Assembly (NCBI GenBank): GCA_046290465.1
Contig: JBKAGP010000001.1
Coordinates: 3,136,001-3,200,000 of the forward strand
DNA length: 64,000 nucleotides
Source of the DNA: Planctomycetota bacterium
GTDB lineage: Bacteria > Planctomycetota > UBA1135 > UBA2386
Direction of reading: 5' to 3'
The notes beneath the pieces were generated by a model that saw only the letters and a program-made list of their open reading frames with translations, made no database searches and was not told the origin of the DNA. Shown here one piece after another: positions 25,127 to 34,028 of the stretch; position 1 is the stretch's first letter; every line of letters starts with the position of its first letter. The position numbers and the translations under genes were made by a program.

Positions 25127-27695
25127 CGCCGCCGATCCGCAGCGGTTCCGCCGCGTGCAGGAGCTGTTCGACCAAGCGCTCGACCTGAACGCCGACGAAC
25201 GCACCGCGTTCTTGCAGCGCGCGTGCGGCGACGACGACGCGCTGCTCGAAGAGGTGCGATCGCTGCTGGCCGCGGACGACGCTCCCGACTGGACCGCCTC
25301 CGAGACGACCCAGGCGTTTGCCACGTCGTGGTCGTTGCCGGCGGGCGCGCGCATCGGTTCGTTCACGATCGTGCGCAGCATCGGCGAGGGCGGCATGGGC
25401 GCGGTCTACGAGGCGACCCAGGAACGGCCGCAGCGCACCGTGGCGCTGAAGACGCTGCGCGCCGGCTCCGACTCGGCGAAGTCGCGGCGGCGGTTCGAGT
25501 ACGAGTCCGAGCTGCTCGGCCGGCTGCAGCACCCCGGGATCGCGCAGATCTACGAGGCAGGCACCTTCCACGACGGCGACCGCGAGGTGCCGTTCCTGGC
25601 GATGGAGATGCTCGCCGACGCGCGCGACCTCGACCACCACGTCGCCGCGCGCCAGCTGCCGGCGACCGAGATCCTGCGCCTGTTCGCCGACGTCTGTGAC
25701 GCCGTGCAGCACGCGCACCAGCACGGCATCGTGCACCGTGACCTGAAGCCGTCCAACCTGCTCGTCGACCAGGACGGCCGCGTCAAGGTGATCGACTTCG
25801 GCATCGCGCTGGCGCTCGACACCGACGAGGTCCGCCGCACGCTGCGCACCGAGACCGGCGTCATCCTCGGCACGCTGGCCTACATGAGCCCCGAGCAGCT
25901 GGCCCCCGACGGCGGCTCGCCCGACGCGCGCACCGACGTCTACTCGCTCGGCGTGCTGATGTTCCAGCTGCTGACCGGGCGCCTGCCGCACGACCTCGAC
26001 ACGCTGCCGGTGCCGACGGCACTGGCGGTGATCGCCGAACGCGACCTGCCGCGGCTGGCCCTCTACGGCCTGCGCGGCCAGGAGCCGGTGCAGCGCGAGC
26101 TCGACTGGATCCTGCAGAAGGCGACCGAACGCGACGTCGCCATGCGCTACCAGACGGTGGCCGAGCTCGGGGCCGACGTGCGCCGCTTCCTCGACGACAA
26201 GCCGCTCGAGGTCGGGCCGCCGTCGACCTCCTACCGGCTGCGCAAGTTCGTGCGCCGGCACCGGACCGCGGTGCTCGGCGCCGCGCTGACGCTGATCGCG
26301 CTGGTCGCCGGCACCATCGCGACCGCGATCGGCTGGCACCGCGCGGTGCTCGCCGAGCAGGTCGCCGACGCCAAGCGGCTCGAGCTCGAGCAGGTGACGT
26401 TCGGGTTCTGGCAGACGACGCAGATGACCGCGCGCATCGACCAGATCAAGAGCGGCGGCATCTCGCCGGAGATGCGCGACCAGCTCGACGACGTCGCGGC
26501 GCGGCTCGACGCGGCCACCATCGAGGACCCGTTGATCGAGGCCGCGCTGCGGACGCGGCTGGCCAAGACCTTCCACGAGTTCGGCGAGGGCGCCGAGTCC
26601 AGCAGGCAGTTCCAGCGCGTCATCGCGCTGACCGAAGGGCGCGACGAGATGCCCGAGGTCCGGGTCGAGGCGCTGACGCAGTACGGCACCGTGCTGGTCA
26701 CCGGGGGCAAGGTCGAACAGGGCATCCGGCTGCTCGAGGAGGCGGTGGCGCTGTCCGAACGCAACCCGGGGCAGTTCCGCGATCCGCCGGCGACGCCGCG
26801 TTCGCGGATCGCCTACGCCTACCACCAGCTCGGTCGCTATGCCGACGCGCGCGACACCTACGACGCGGTGCTGCGCGAGCTGGCCGCGCTGCCGGACGGC
26901 GCCGCGCAACCCAAGCTCAAGCTGCAGGCGCTGCAGGGTCGCGGCAACGCGCGCCGCGCGCTCGGCGATCACGACGGCGGCCTCGCCGACATCCAGGCAG
27001 CGCTGACCTGGGCCGAGCAGAAGCTGGGCCTGCGCGACCACCGCACGCTGAGTGCGCGTTCGGACCTGGCCGTGCTGCTGCTGCAGGACAAGGCCAAGGC
27101 GCCGCAGGCCGAGGTGCTGCTGCGCGACGTCGCCGAATCGCGGCGCGACCTGCTCGGGCCGACCCACCAGAGCACGATCATCCCGGTGCTCAACCTGGCG
27201 TTCGCGCTGCACCGGCAGCACAAGTTCGCGGAGTCCGAGGCGATGTGCAGCGAGTACCTCGAGGCTGCGCGCGCCGCCGGCGAGACCAGCTCGACGCCGC
27301 TGCTGAAGCTGCGGTTCAACCTCGGCGTCGCGCAGATGATGCGCAAGCCGTCGCACCGCGCGGCGGCCGAGCGCACGTTCGCCGACCTGATGACCGACGG
27401 CGCCGACGTGCTGCCGCAGGACAACTGGATGCTGTTCGCGTTCCGCACGCGCTTCGGGATGTGCCGCGCCCAGGCCGGCGCCGAGGCCATCGACGATCCC
27501 GCCGAACGTCGCCGCTGCCTCGAAGAGGCGCGCGCCGAACTCGAACCCGCGCTGGCCGGCCTCGAGAAGACCCTCGGCCCCGACAACCGCCAGACCCGCG
27601 AAGCCGCCGGCGCACTGCTCCAGGTCCTCGACCACCTCGACGCCCCCGAAGCCGCCACCGCCCTCGCCACCCGCCTCAACCTGCAACGAAAGTAG
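25119..27695 (+). CDS. Membrane Ser/Thr protein kinase with TPR-like C-terminus
   Basis: IGEGGMGAVY, VALK, HRDLKPSN, IDFG, YMSPEQ, DVYSLG; TM segment; helical repeats; overlaps the sigma gene. Confidence 0.95.
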   Translation: MSSAADPQRFRRVQELFDQALDLNADERTAFLQRACGDDDALLEEVRSLLAADDAPDWTASETTQAFATSWSLPAGARIGSFTIVRSIGEGGMGAVYEATQERPQRTVALKTLRAGSDSAKSRRRFEYESELLGRLQHPGIAQIYEAGTFHDGDREVPFLAMEMLADARDLDHHVAARQLPATEILRLFADVCDAVQHAHQHGIVHRDLKPSNLLVDQDGRVKVIDFGIALALDTDEVRRTLRTETGVILGTLAYMSPEQLAPDGGSPDARTDVYSLGVLMFQLLTGRLPHDLDTLPVPTALAVIAERDLPRLALYGLRGQEPVQRELDWILQKATERDVAMRYQTVAELGADVRRFLDDKPLEVGPPSTSYRLRKFVRRHRTAVLGAALTLIALVAGTIATAIGWHRAVLAEQVADAKRLELEQVTFGFWQTTQMTARIDQIKSGGISPEMRDQLDDVAARLDAATIEDPLIEAALRTRLAKTFHEFGEGAESSRQFQRVIALTEGRDEMPEVRVEALTQYGTVLVTGGKVEQGIRLLEEAVALSERNPGQFRDPPATPRSRIAYAYHQLGRYADARDTYDAVLRELAALPDGAAQPKLKLQALQGRGNARRALGDHDGGLADIQAALTWAEQKLGLRDHRTLSARSDLAVLLLQDKAKAPQAEVLLRDVAESRRDLLGPTHQSTIIPVLNLAFALHRQHKFAESEAMCSEYLEAARAAGETSSTPLLKLRFNLGVAQMMRKPSHRAAAERTFADLMTDGADVLPQDNWMLFAFRTRFGMCRAQAGAEAIDDPAERRRCLEEARAELEPALAGLEKTLGPDNRQTREAAGALLQVLDHLDAPEAATALATRLNLQRK

Positions 27696-27731
27696 CGGTA
27701 CGGTACCTGGTTCATCCTGCAACCCGCAGGC

Positions 27732-27760
27732 GACGAACGGTCCCTCCGCCCCCGTTCGTC
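27732..27760. terminator. Stem-loop between convergent genes
   Basis: GACGAACGG / CCGTTCGTC 9-bp stem; no U-tract. Confidence 0.4.
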
Positions 27761-29078
27761 AGGCGAAGCGCGCGACCATCGACACGATGATGACGAGCAT
27801 CGCGACGAACAGACCGCCGGTGGCCAGCAGGCCGGCCAGGCCGGTCTGGCGGTCGGCACCGAGGTAGCCCTTGCTGCGCTGCAGCAGCAGGAAGCCGACG
27901 TAGGCGATCGGCAGCATGGCACCGCAGATGATCGTCGTCGGGATCGCCAGGTAGACCGCGAGGTCGCCCCAGAACACCGGCGCCAGGAAGCCCGGCACCG
28001 GCAGCAGCATGCACAGGCGCTGCCGCAGCGAACCGAACGGCAGGCCGAACCACTCCATCGCGACGAAGCCGCAGCAGACCATGTGCAGCGTGATCGTGCT
28101 CAGCGCCATCGCGAGCATGCCGAGGTCGAAGATCAGCGTGCCGGCGACCGGCCCGACGACGTCCCCGAGCACGCCCGCCATCTTGCCGACGGCCGCCGAC
28201 TTGGACACGTCGACGTCGCCGAGCGTGTTGGCCGCCGCGATCACCATCAGCGAGCTCGCCAGCGCGTATGGCACCAGCATGCCGGCGAACAGGTCGAACC
28301 GCGCCAGCCCGCGGTGCTCGCGACCCCAGCCGCGCGCCAGCAGGCTGTAGGGGTAGAGCAGCAGCATGTTGATGCCGACCGCCGCGGCGATGCCGGCGAC
28401 GGCGAGGTCGATGCTGCGGAAGCCGTTGCGATCCTCCGGCAGGTTCGGGATGAAGCCCTTGGCGACGCCGGCCCAATCGGTCTCGGTATTGAGCAGCACC
28501 CACAGCAGCATCACGACGATGCCCCATACGGTGTACTTGAGGAAGCTCTCGTAGACGCGCACCAGCCGCGGGCTCTTGCCGTACATCGTCGACAGCAGCA
28601 CCGCCCAGATCAGCACGAACGTGCTGGCCGCCATCTTCGGCACGCCTTCGAGACCGAGGGTGTCGGCCGCATCGACCAGCGACGCCGCCGCGAGGTTGTA
28701 CTGCGGGAAATGCCAGACGATCGACGCGACCATCGCCGCGATCGCGAAGCCCCACGCGAGCGCCGGGTGCGTGTGCCGCGCCATCGCCGGCAGCACGCGC
28801 TCGCCGGTCGACAGCGTCTGGTGCGACACCGCCCCCATCGCCAGGATGCCGAGCAGCATGCCGATCGGCGCGACCCACAGCAGGTCGTAGCCGAACACCG
28901 CGCCGGCGAACAGGCTGCTGGCGGCGGTGCCGCTGCCGAGCGTCATCGCGCTCTGCAGGTAGCCGGGCCCGATGAACTTCAGGTAGCCGCCCCACCGCTG
29001 CAGGCGCGGCGCGCCGTCGAGGTTGGCGAGCACCTGCTTCTCGGCCGCGAGCTTCTGGGGATCGGGCGGCGCCGCCAT
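27759..29078 (-). CDS. NRAMP-like (divalent cation/solute) transporter
   Basis: GPGYLQSAMTLGSGT..GAVFGYDLLWV; about 11 TM segments; AAVGINM. Confidence 0.82.
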   Translation of the reverse strand: MAAPPDPQKLAAEKQVLANLDGAPRLQRWGGYLKFIGPGYLQSAMTLGSGTAASSLFAGAVFGYDLLWVAPIGMLLGILAMGAVSHQTLSTGERVLPAMARHTHPALAWGFAIAAMVASIVWHFPQYNLAAASLVDAADTLGLEGVPKMAASTFVLIWAVLLSTMYGKSPRLVRVYESFLKYTVWGIVVMLLWVLLNTETDWAGVAKGFIPNLPEDRNGFRSIDLAVAGIAAAVGINMLLLYPYSLLARGWGREHRGLARFDLFAGMLVPYALASSLMVIAAANTLGDVDVSKSAAVGKMAGVLGDVVGPVAGTLIFDLGMLAMALSTITLHMVCCGFVAMEWFGLPFGSLRQRLCMLLPVPGFLAPVFWGDLAVYLAIPTTIICGAMLPIAYVGFLLLQRSKGYLGADRQTGLAGLLATGGLFVAMLVIIVSMVARFA

Positions 29079-29137
29079 CCGCAGCCCCTGCCTGACCTGA
29101 TCGAGATCGCCGCCGTGTTGCTCGTTCACTGGATGCG

Positions 29138-30568
29138 TCACCTGGCGCCGTCGCGCAGTTCCTTGACCTTCTTGGCTTCGGGCATCGCCTTGTAGAACGG
29201 GTCGAGCGGGAAGCAGCCGCTGATCATGCCGTTGCGCGGGCCCGTGGTGCAATCGCTGAACGTGCGGCAGATGCGCTTGCGCTGCACGTCGTTGCCGGCG
29301 AGCACGTCGCGCGGCAGATCGGGGTAGCTCAGCAGCATGCGACCGAGGCCGACGAAGTCGACGTGGCCGCTGCGCACCTCGTGCTGGCCGCAGTGCGCCA
29401 GCCACTCCTGCAGGTAGGTGTAGCCGGTGCCGACGAACTTGAGCGCCGGCGCCGCCTGCTTGGCCGCGCGCACCGCGTCGAGGTGCACCTTGACGAACGA
29501 CAGCGGATCCGCCGGCGGCTGGTAGCCGTCGCTCGGCGGGTAGGCCGCCGGCCGCTGCAGGTGCGGGTTGTAGTAGGGCGAGCCGAGCGTCACGTTGACC
29601 AGCTCGATGCCGAGCTGCTGGTAGCGCTGCAGCAGCTCGAACGGCTCGGCCAGATCGAACGTCGCCGGGTCGTGCTGGTCGACGCCGAAGCCGTGCAGGT
29701 AGGGCCGTTCGCTGGCCATCGGCCGGCCCAGCCGCGTGTCAGGGTCCTTCTCGAACGGCACCAGATCCGCGAGCGACAGCCGCACGCCGACGTGCAGCCC
29801 GGGGCACTCGCTGCGGATGCCCGCGACGATGCGCTCGAACAGCCGGGTGCGGCCGGCGAGGTCGCCGCCGTAGCTGCCCGGTCGCTGGCGCGCGCCGAGC
29901 AGCTCGTGCAGCAGGTAGCCGTGGCACGACTTGACGTCGACGAAGTCGAAACCGGCCTGCTGCGCGAGCCCGGCGGACTTGACGTAGTTGTCGCCGATCG
30001 CTTCGAGTTCGCCGTCGCTCAGCACGTGCGCGTCGGCGGTGTGCGGATACTTGCTGCCGAGCTGCGGGTGGCGGTGCGCGACCAGCGGCGCCGGCGGACC
30101 GTCCGGCCGCGAGAACCGGCCACTGTGCGTCAGCTGCAGGCCGACGAACTGGTCGGCGGCCGCCATGCCGGCCTCGGCCGCTCCCTCGCGCAGCGACGCC
30201 AGCAGCTGCCGCATCGTCTCGCCCGCGTCGACGCCCGGATCGAGGTAGAGCTGGCGATCGTTGGCGCGCCCGTCGCGCTGCACGGCGAACGCCTCGCCGC
30301 CCCAGACCAGCGACGCGCCGCTCCGCCCGAAGTTGCGCCAGCGCCGCAGCGTCAGTTCGGTCGCGCGGCCGTCCGGCGTCCCGTCCCAGCCCTCCATCGG
30401 ATGGCACGCGAAGCGGTTGCCGAGCTCGCGGCCGTGCACCGTGATCGGCTGGCCGAGCGGACCGTTGGACTCGACCTGCTCGTCGATCGCCCAGTCGGCG
30501 TCGATGGTCCTCAGGTGGGCCGCGAAGTCGGACGCGGACCGGAAGTGGCCGGGAGCTTGGAAGCGCAC
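29138..30568 (-). CDS. NADH:flavin oxidoreductase (OYE family), variant active site
   Basis: NRFACHPMEG, LQLTHSGR, AGFDFVDVKSCHGYLLHELL, YGG...RTR, VGLGR. Confidence 0.9.
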   Translation of the reverse strand: MRFQAPGHFRSASDFAAHLRTIDADWAIDEQVESNGPLGQPITVHGRELGNRFACHPMEGWDGTPDGRATELTLRRWRNFGRSGASLVWGGEAFAVQRDGRANDRQLYLDPGVDAGETMRQLLASLREGAAEAGMAAADQFVGLQLTHSGRFSRPDGPPAPLVAHRHPQLGSKYPHTADAHVLSDGELEAIGDNYVKSAGLAQQAGFDFVDVKSCHGYLLHELLGARQRPGSYGGDLAGRTRLFERIVAGIRSECPGLHVGVRLSLADLVPFEKDPDTRLGRPMASERPYLHGFGVDQHDPATFDLAEPFELLQRYQQLGIELVNVTLGSPYYNPHLQRPAAYPPSDGYQPPADPLSFVKVHLDAVRAAKQAAPALKFVGTGYTYLQEWLAHCGQHEVRSGHVDFVGLGRMLLSYPDLPRDVLAGNDVQRKRICRTFSDCTTGPRNGMISGCFPLDPFYKAMPEAKKVKELRDGAR

Positions 30569-30734
30569 GGGGAGAATGTCGGCAGGCGCGGGCGAGGTTG
30601 CAAGCGATCCGCCAGCTCCCCTCCGCGCCTTGCCCGCCCGCCGCCGCCGCCGACGTGTGCCGGTCCGCGATGCGAGCTACACTGGCAGCCCTCGCCGCTG
30701 CCCCTCGCGCGAGAACCACCCCTTCGAGCATGCG

Positions 30735-31190
30735 ATGATCCGTCCGTTCCTCGTGCTCGCCACCGCGTGGACCCTGTCCGCCTGTGGTGCGCCTCCCAAG
30801 CCCGAACGGCCGCTGTCGACGGCCGAGCCGGCCTCCCCGCCGACCGCGGTCGAAGCGACCCCGACGCGCGTGCGCGCCGCCTGCCCGCGGCTGGTCGGCA
30901 CCGTCACGCACGCCAACCGCCGCGTCTGCATGGTCCGCGTCGACGACAACCCCGACGGCGCCAGCGCCGAACGGATCGAGGCGGGGCTGCCGGCCTGGGT
31001 CGTGATCCGGCGCGACGGCAAGGAGGTCGCGCGCGTGCAGGCCGTCGCCTACGAACCGCTGGTCGACGCGCTGCTGTGCCAGCTCGGCCCGCGGCCACCG
31101 GAGTTGCGCATCGGCGACCGGGCGGAGACCACCCGCACGGTGCAGGCGGTCGAGCAGTTCGGCTGGCGCACCGACCGCGAGCAGCCGTAG
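30735..31190 (+). CDS. Hypothetical lipoprotein
   Basis: MIRPFLVLATAWTLSAC lipobox; fills the gap between neighbours. Confidence 0.6.
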   Translation: MIRPFLVLATAWTLSACGAPPKPERPLSTAEPASPPTAVEATPTRVRAACPRLVGTVTHANRRVCMVRVDDNPDGASAERIEAGLPAWVVIRRDGKEVARVQAVAYEPLVDALLCQLGPRPPELRIGDRAETTRTVQAVEQFGWRTDREQP

Positions 31191-31194
31191 CGCG

Positions 31195-32616
31195 TCACGC
31201 CTGTGCTGCCGGCACCATCTCGACGCCGAAGTCGTCGATCGGGGTGCCGTAGCCGACGCAGTCCAGCGCTGAGCCGATCCGGGCGACGCCGCCGGAGATG
31301 CGCAGCGTCACCGAGCCGTCGCCGAAGCTGCGGTAGAGGTCGCCGTGCTCTCGCCGGGCGCGCCGCTGCAGGTCGGCCGGCAGATGGTCGAGCCCGCGGA
31401 AGTAGTGGTGGCCGTTGCGCTCGACGTGCGGCAGCCCGAGCACGCTGCCGGTCACCAGGTCCTGCTGCAGCGCGAGCACGCCGACGTTGGTCAGGTCCTC
31501 GCCGCTCTGGAACAGGCCGTCGTGGCGACGGCAGACGCCGAAGTTGGCGAGCGCGCGGAACACGCCCTTGCAGTTCTTGACCGAGACGCCGCGGTAGCCG
31601 AGTTCGCGCGCCCGCTGGAACGACTGCGGCGTCGCGTCGGCCTCGTCGATGATCAGCGGCGCGAACCGGCCAACGCGCGCGACCGCGCGGTGCCGGTCCG
31701 GGTCGAAGGTGACCGCGCGCGCCAGCGGTTGCTCGATCCAGACCAGCCGCTCGAGCAAGCGCGCGCCGAGCGGCTCGCCGGCGACCGACTCGAGCAGTTG
31801 CGCGATCGCGTCCAGGTCGGAGTACTGTTCGTTGCCGTCCAGGCTGAAGCCCGGCAGGTCGCCACGCTCGTCGAAGAACCGCGCCAGCTCGAGCAGCCGT
31901 TCGCGGTCGCGGTCGACGCCGGCGCCGATCTTGACCTTGAACCAGGACAGGCCGTAGATGTCGAGGTCGTCCTCGAGGGTCTGCGGCAGGCCGTCGTTGC
32001 GGCGCTGTTCGGGCGGCAGATCGCGCGCGCGCAGCGTATCGAGCATGCCGACCGTGTGCCGGACCACGACCTCGCGGCGCGGCGTCGGCAGATCGCGCTG
32101 CCAGTCCCAGTCCGTCAGCTGCGCGTGCACGTCGCCGGGCCGGAAGCCGAACACGTCGCGACGCAGCGCCTGCGCGAACGGCAACTCCACCAGCCGGCAG
32201 GTCGCGTCCATCAGCGCGCGCTCGACCAGCGCCACGCCGAAGCCGCGCACCAACTGGTCGGGCTGGTCGAACGGATGCGGATCGACGCGCTGCGCCATCA
32301 CCCCGCGCCACAGCCCGAACGCGCTGCCGGCCGGCTGCGCCGCGAACGCCTGCGCCGATGCGGTCGCCGACGCGAACAGTTCGTCGGCGTCCTGCTGCGG
32401 CGTCGCGTCGGTGTCCTTGCGGAACCAGCGCGGTACCAGGAAGTCGGCCGACCAGCCGTGCGCGCTGGCGCCGCCCGGACCTCGCACGGTGGTGCGGCAC
32501 GTCAGCATGTCCGCTTCGCGCAGCGTCACGGCACCGAACCGGAACGGGATCCGGGTCCGGCAGGTGCGCCGCGCGAACGCGACCTCGACGACCTCGACGT
32601 TGCTGGCGCCGCTCAC
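31195..32616 (-). CDS. Enolase-superfamily (mandelate racemase-like) enzyme
   Basis: RIPFRFG, FKVK (KxK), LDGNEQ, WIEQP, IDEAD, SVKNCKG, EDLT, HVERNGHHY; GTG start overlaps the DUF1501 stop. Confidence 0.82.
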   Translation of the reverse strand: MSGASNVEVVEVAFARRTCRTRIPFRFGAVTLREADMLTCRTTVRGPGGASAHGWSADFLVPRWFRKDTDATPQQDADELFASATASAQAFAAQPAGSAFGLWRGVMAQRVDPHPFDQPDQLVRGFGVALVERALMDATCRLVELPFAQALRRDVFGFRPGDVHAQLTDWDWQRDLPTPRREVVVRHTVGMLDTLRARDLPPEQRRNDGLPQTLEDDLDIYGLSWFKVKIGAGVDRDRERLLELARFFDERGDLPGFSLDGNEQYSDLDAIAQLLESVAGEPLGARLLERLVWIEQPLARAVTFDPDRHRAVARVGRFAPLIIDEADATPQSFQRARELGYRGVSVKNCKGVFRALANFGVCRRHDGLFQSGEDLTNVGVLALQQDLVTGSVLGLPHVERNGHHYFRGLDHLPADLQRRARREHGDLYRSFGDGSVTLRISGGVARIGSALDCVGYGTPIDDFGVEMVPAAQA

Positions 32617-34028
32617 GCGAGCAGCCGCCGCACGACCTTGCCGTGCACGTCGGTCAGGCGGTAGTCGCGCCCCTGGAAGCGGTAGGTCAGCCGTTCGTGG
32701 TCGATGCCCATCAGGTGCAGGATCGTCGCGTGCACGTCGTGCAGGTGCACCGGGTCCTGCGCGGTGACGAAGCCGAGGTCGTCGGTCGCACCGATCGTCT
32801 GGCCGTTCTGGATGCCGCCGCCGGCGAACCACATCGTCCACGCGCGCGGGTTGTGGTCGCGGCCGAGGTGCGTCTGGTTGCGCACCTCGCGCATCGGGGT
32901 GCGGCCGAACTCGCCGCCCCAGACGACCAGCGTGTCGTCGAGCATGCCGCGCTGGCGCAGGTCGGTGACCAGCGCCGCCGCCGCCTGGTCGGTCTGGCGG
33001 CACATGTTGGGCAGGCCGTGGATCAGGTCGTCGCTGTCGTTGGAGCCGTGGTGGTCCCAGCCGCGATGGATCACCTGCACGCAGCGCGCGCCGCGTTCGA
33101 GCAGGCGACGTGCCAGCAGGCAGTTGTTGGCGAACGAACGGCGGCCCGGCTGGCTGCCGTAGAGCCGGTGCACGTGCTCCGGCTCGTCCTCGATGCGCGC
33201 CAGCTCCGGCGCGCTGTCCTGCATCCGGTAGGCCAACTGGTAGGCCGAGGTCCGCGCATCGATCTCGGGATCACCGAGCGCGCGGTTGCGTTCGCCGTTG
33301 AGCTGCGAGAGCAGGTCGATGCCGCGCTTGCGCGCCGCGCGGTCCATGCCCTCGGGATCCTGCACGCACGGCACCAGGTCGCCGCGGGTGCGCAGCTCGA
33401 CCCCGCCCATCGTCGACGGCAGGAAGCCGCTGCCCCAGCACGCCGAGCCCGCGCCCGGATCGATCTTGCCGCTGACCAGCACGCAGAAGCCCGGCAGCGA
33501 GTGGGTGTCGGCGCCGAGACCGAACATCAGCCAGCTGCCGAGGCTCGGCCGGCCGACCAGGTGGTGGCCGGTGTTGGCGAACACCTGCGCCGGTCCATGG
33601 TTGAACTGGTCAGCGTGCACCGACTTGACGAACGCCAGTTCGTCGGCGATCGCCGCCGTGTGCGGCAGCAGTTCGCTGATCTCGGCGCGCGAATCGCCGT
33701 AGTGCGAGAACCGGTACGGCGACGCCATCAGGTTGGGCACGCCCTTCAGGAACGCGAACCGCTGGCCCTCGAGCAGGTGCGCCGGCACCGGCTTGCCGTC
33801 GTAGCGGCGCAGCGTCGGCTTGTCGTCGAACAGGTCGAGGTTCGACGGCGCCCCGGCCATGAACAACTGCACGACGCGTCTGGCGCGCGGCGCATGATGC
33901 GGAACATCGTGCGCCATACCGCGCGCCGGGTCGCCGCCGGCACCACCGAGCGACGGCACCAGCCGGGCGCCGAGCGCGGCACCGGCCGCGGCGATCACGT
34001 CACGTCGGGTCGGGTCGAAAGGATTCAT
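32613..34028 (-). CDS. DUF1501 domain protein
   Basis: LFMAGAPSNLDLFD.KP, FNHGPAQ, RPSLGSW, CLLARRL.ERG, WDHH, WGGEFGRTP, GRDHNP. Confidence 0.95.
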   Translation of the reverse strand: MNPFDPTRRDVIAAAGAALGARLVPSLGGAGGDPARGMAHDVPHHAPRARRVVQLFMAGAPSNLDLFDDKPTLRRYDGKPVPAHLLEGQRFAFLKGVPNLMASPYRFSHYGDSRAEISELLPHTAAIADELAFVKSVHADQFNHGPAQVFANTGHHLVGRPSLGSWLMFGLGADTHSLPGFCVLVSGKIDPGAGSACWGSGFLPSTMGGVELRTRGDLVPCVQDPEGMDRAARKRGIDLLSQLNGERNRALGDPEIDARTSAYQLAYRMQDSAPELARIEDEPEHVHRLYGSQPGRRSFANNCLLARRLLERGARCVQVIHRGWDHHGSNDSDDLIHGLPNMCRQTDQAAAALVTDLRQRGMLDDTLVVWGGEFGRTPMREVRNQTHLGRDHNPRAWTMWFAGGGIQNGQTIGATDDLGFVTAQDPVHLHDVHATILHLMGIDHERLTYRFQGRDYRLTDVHGKVVRRLLA

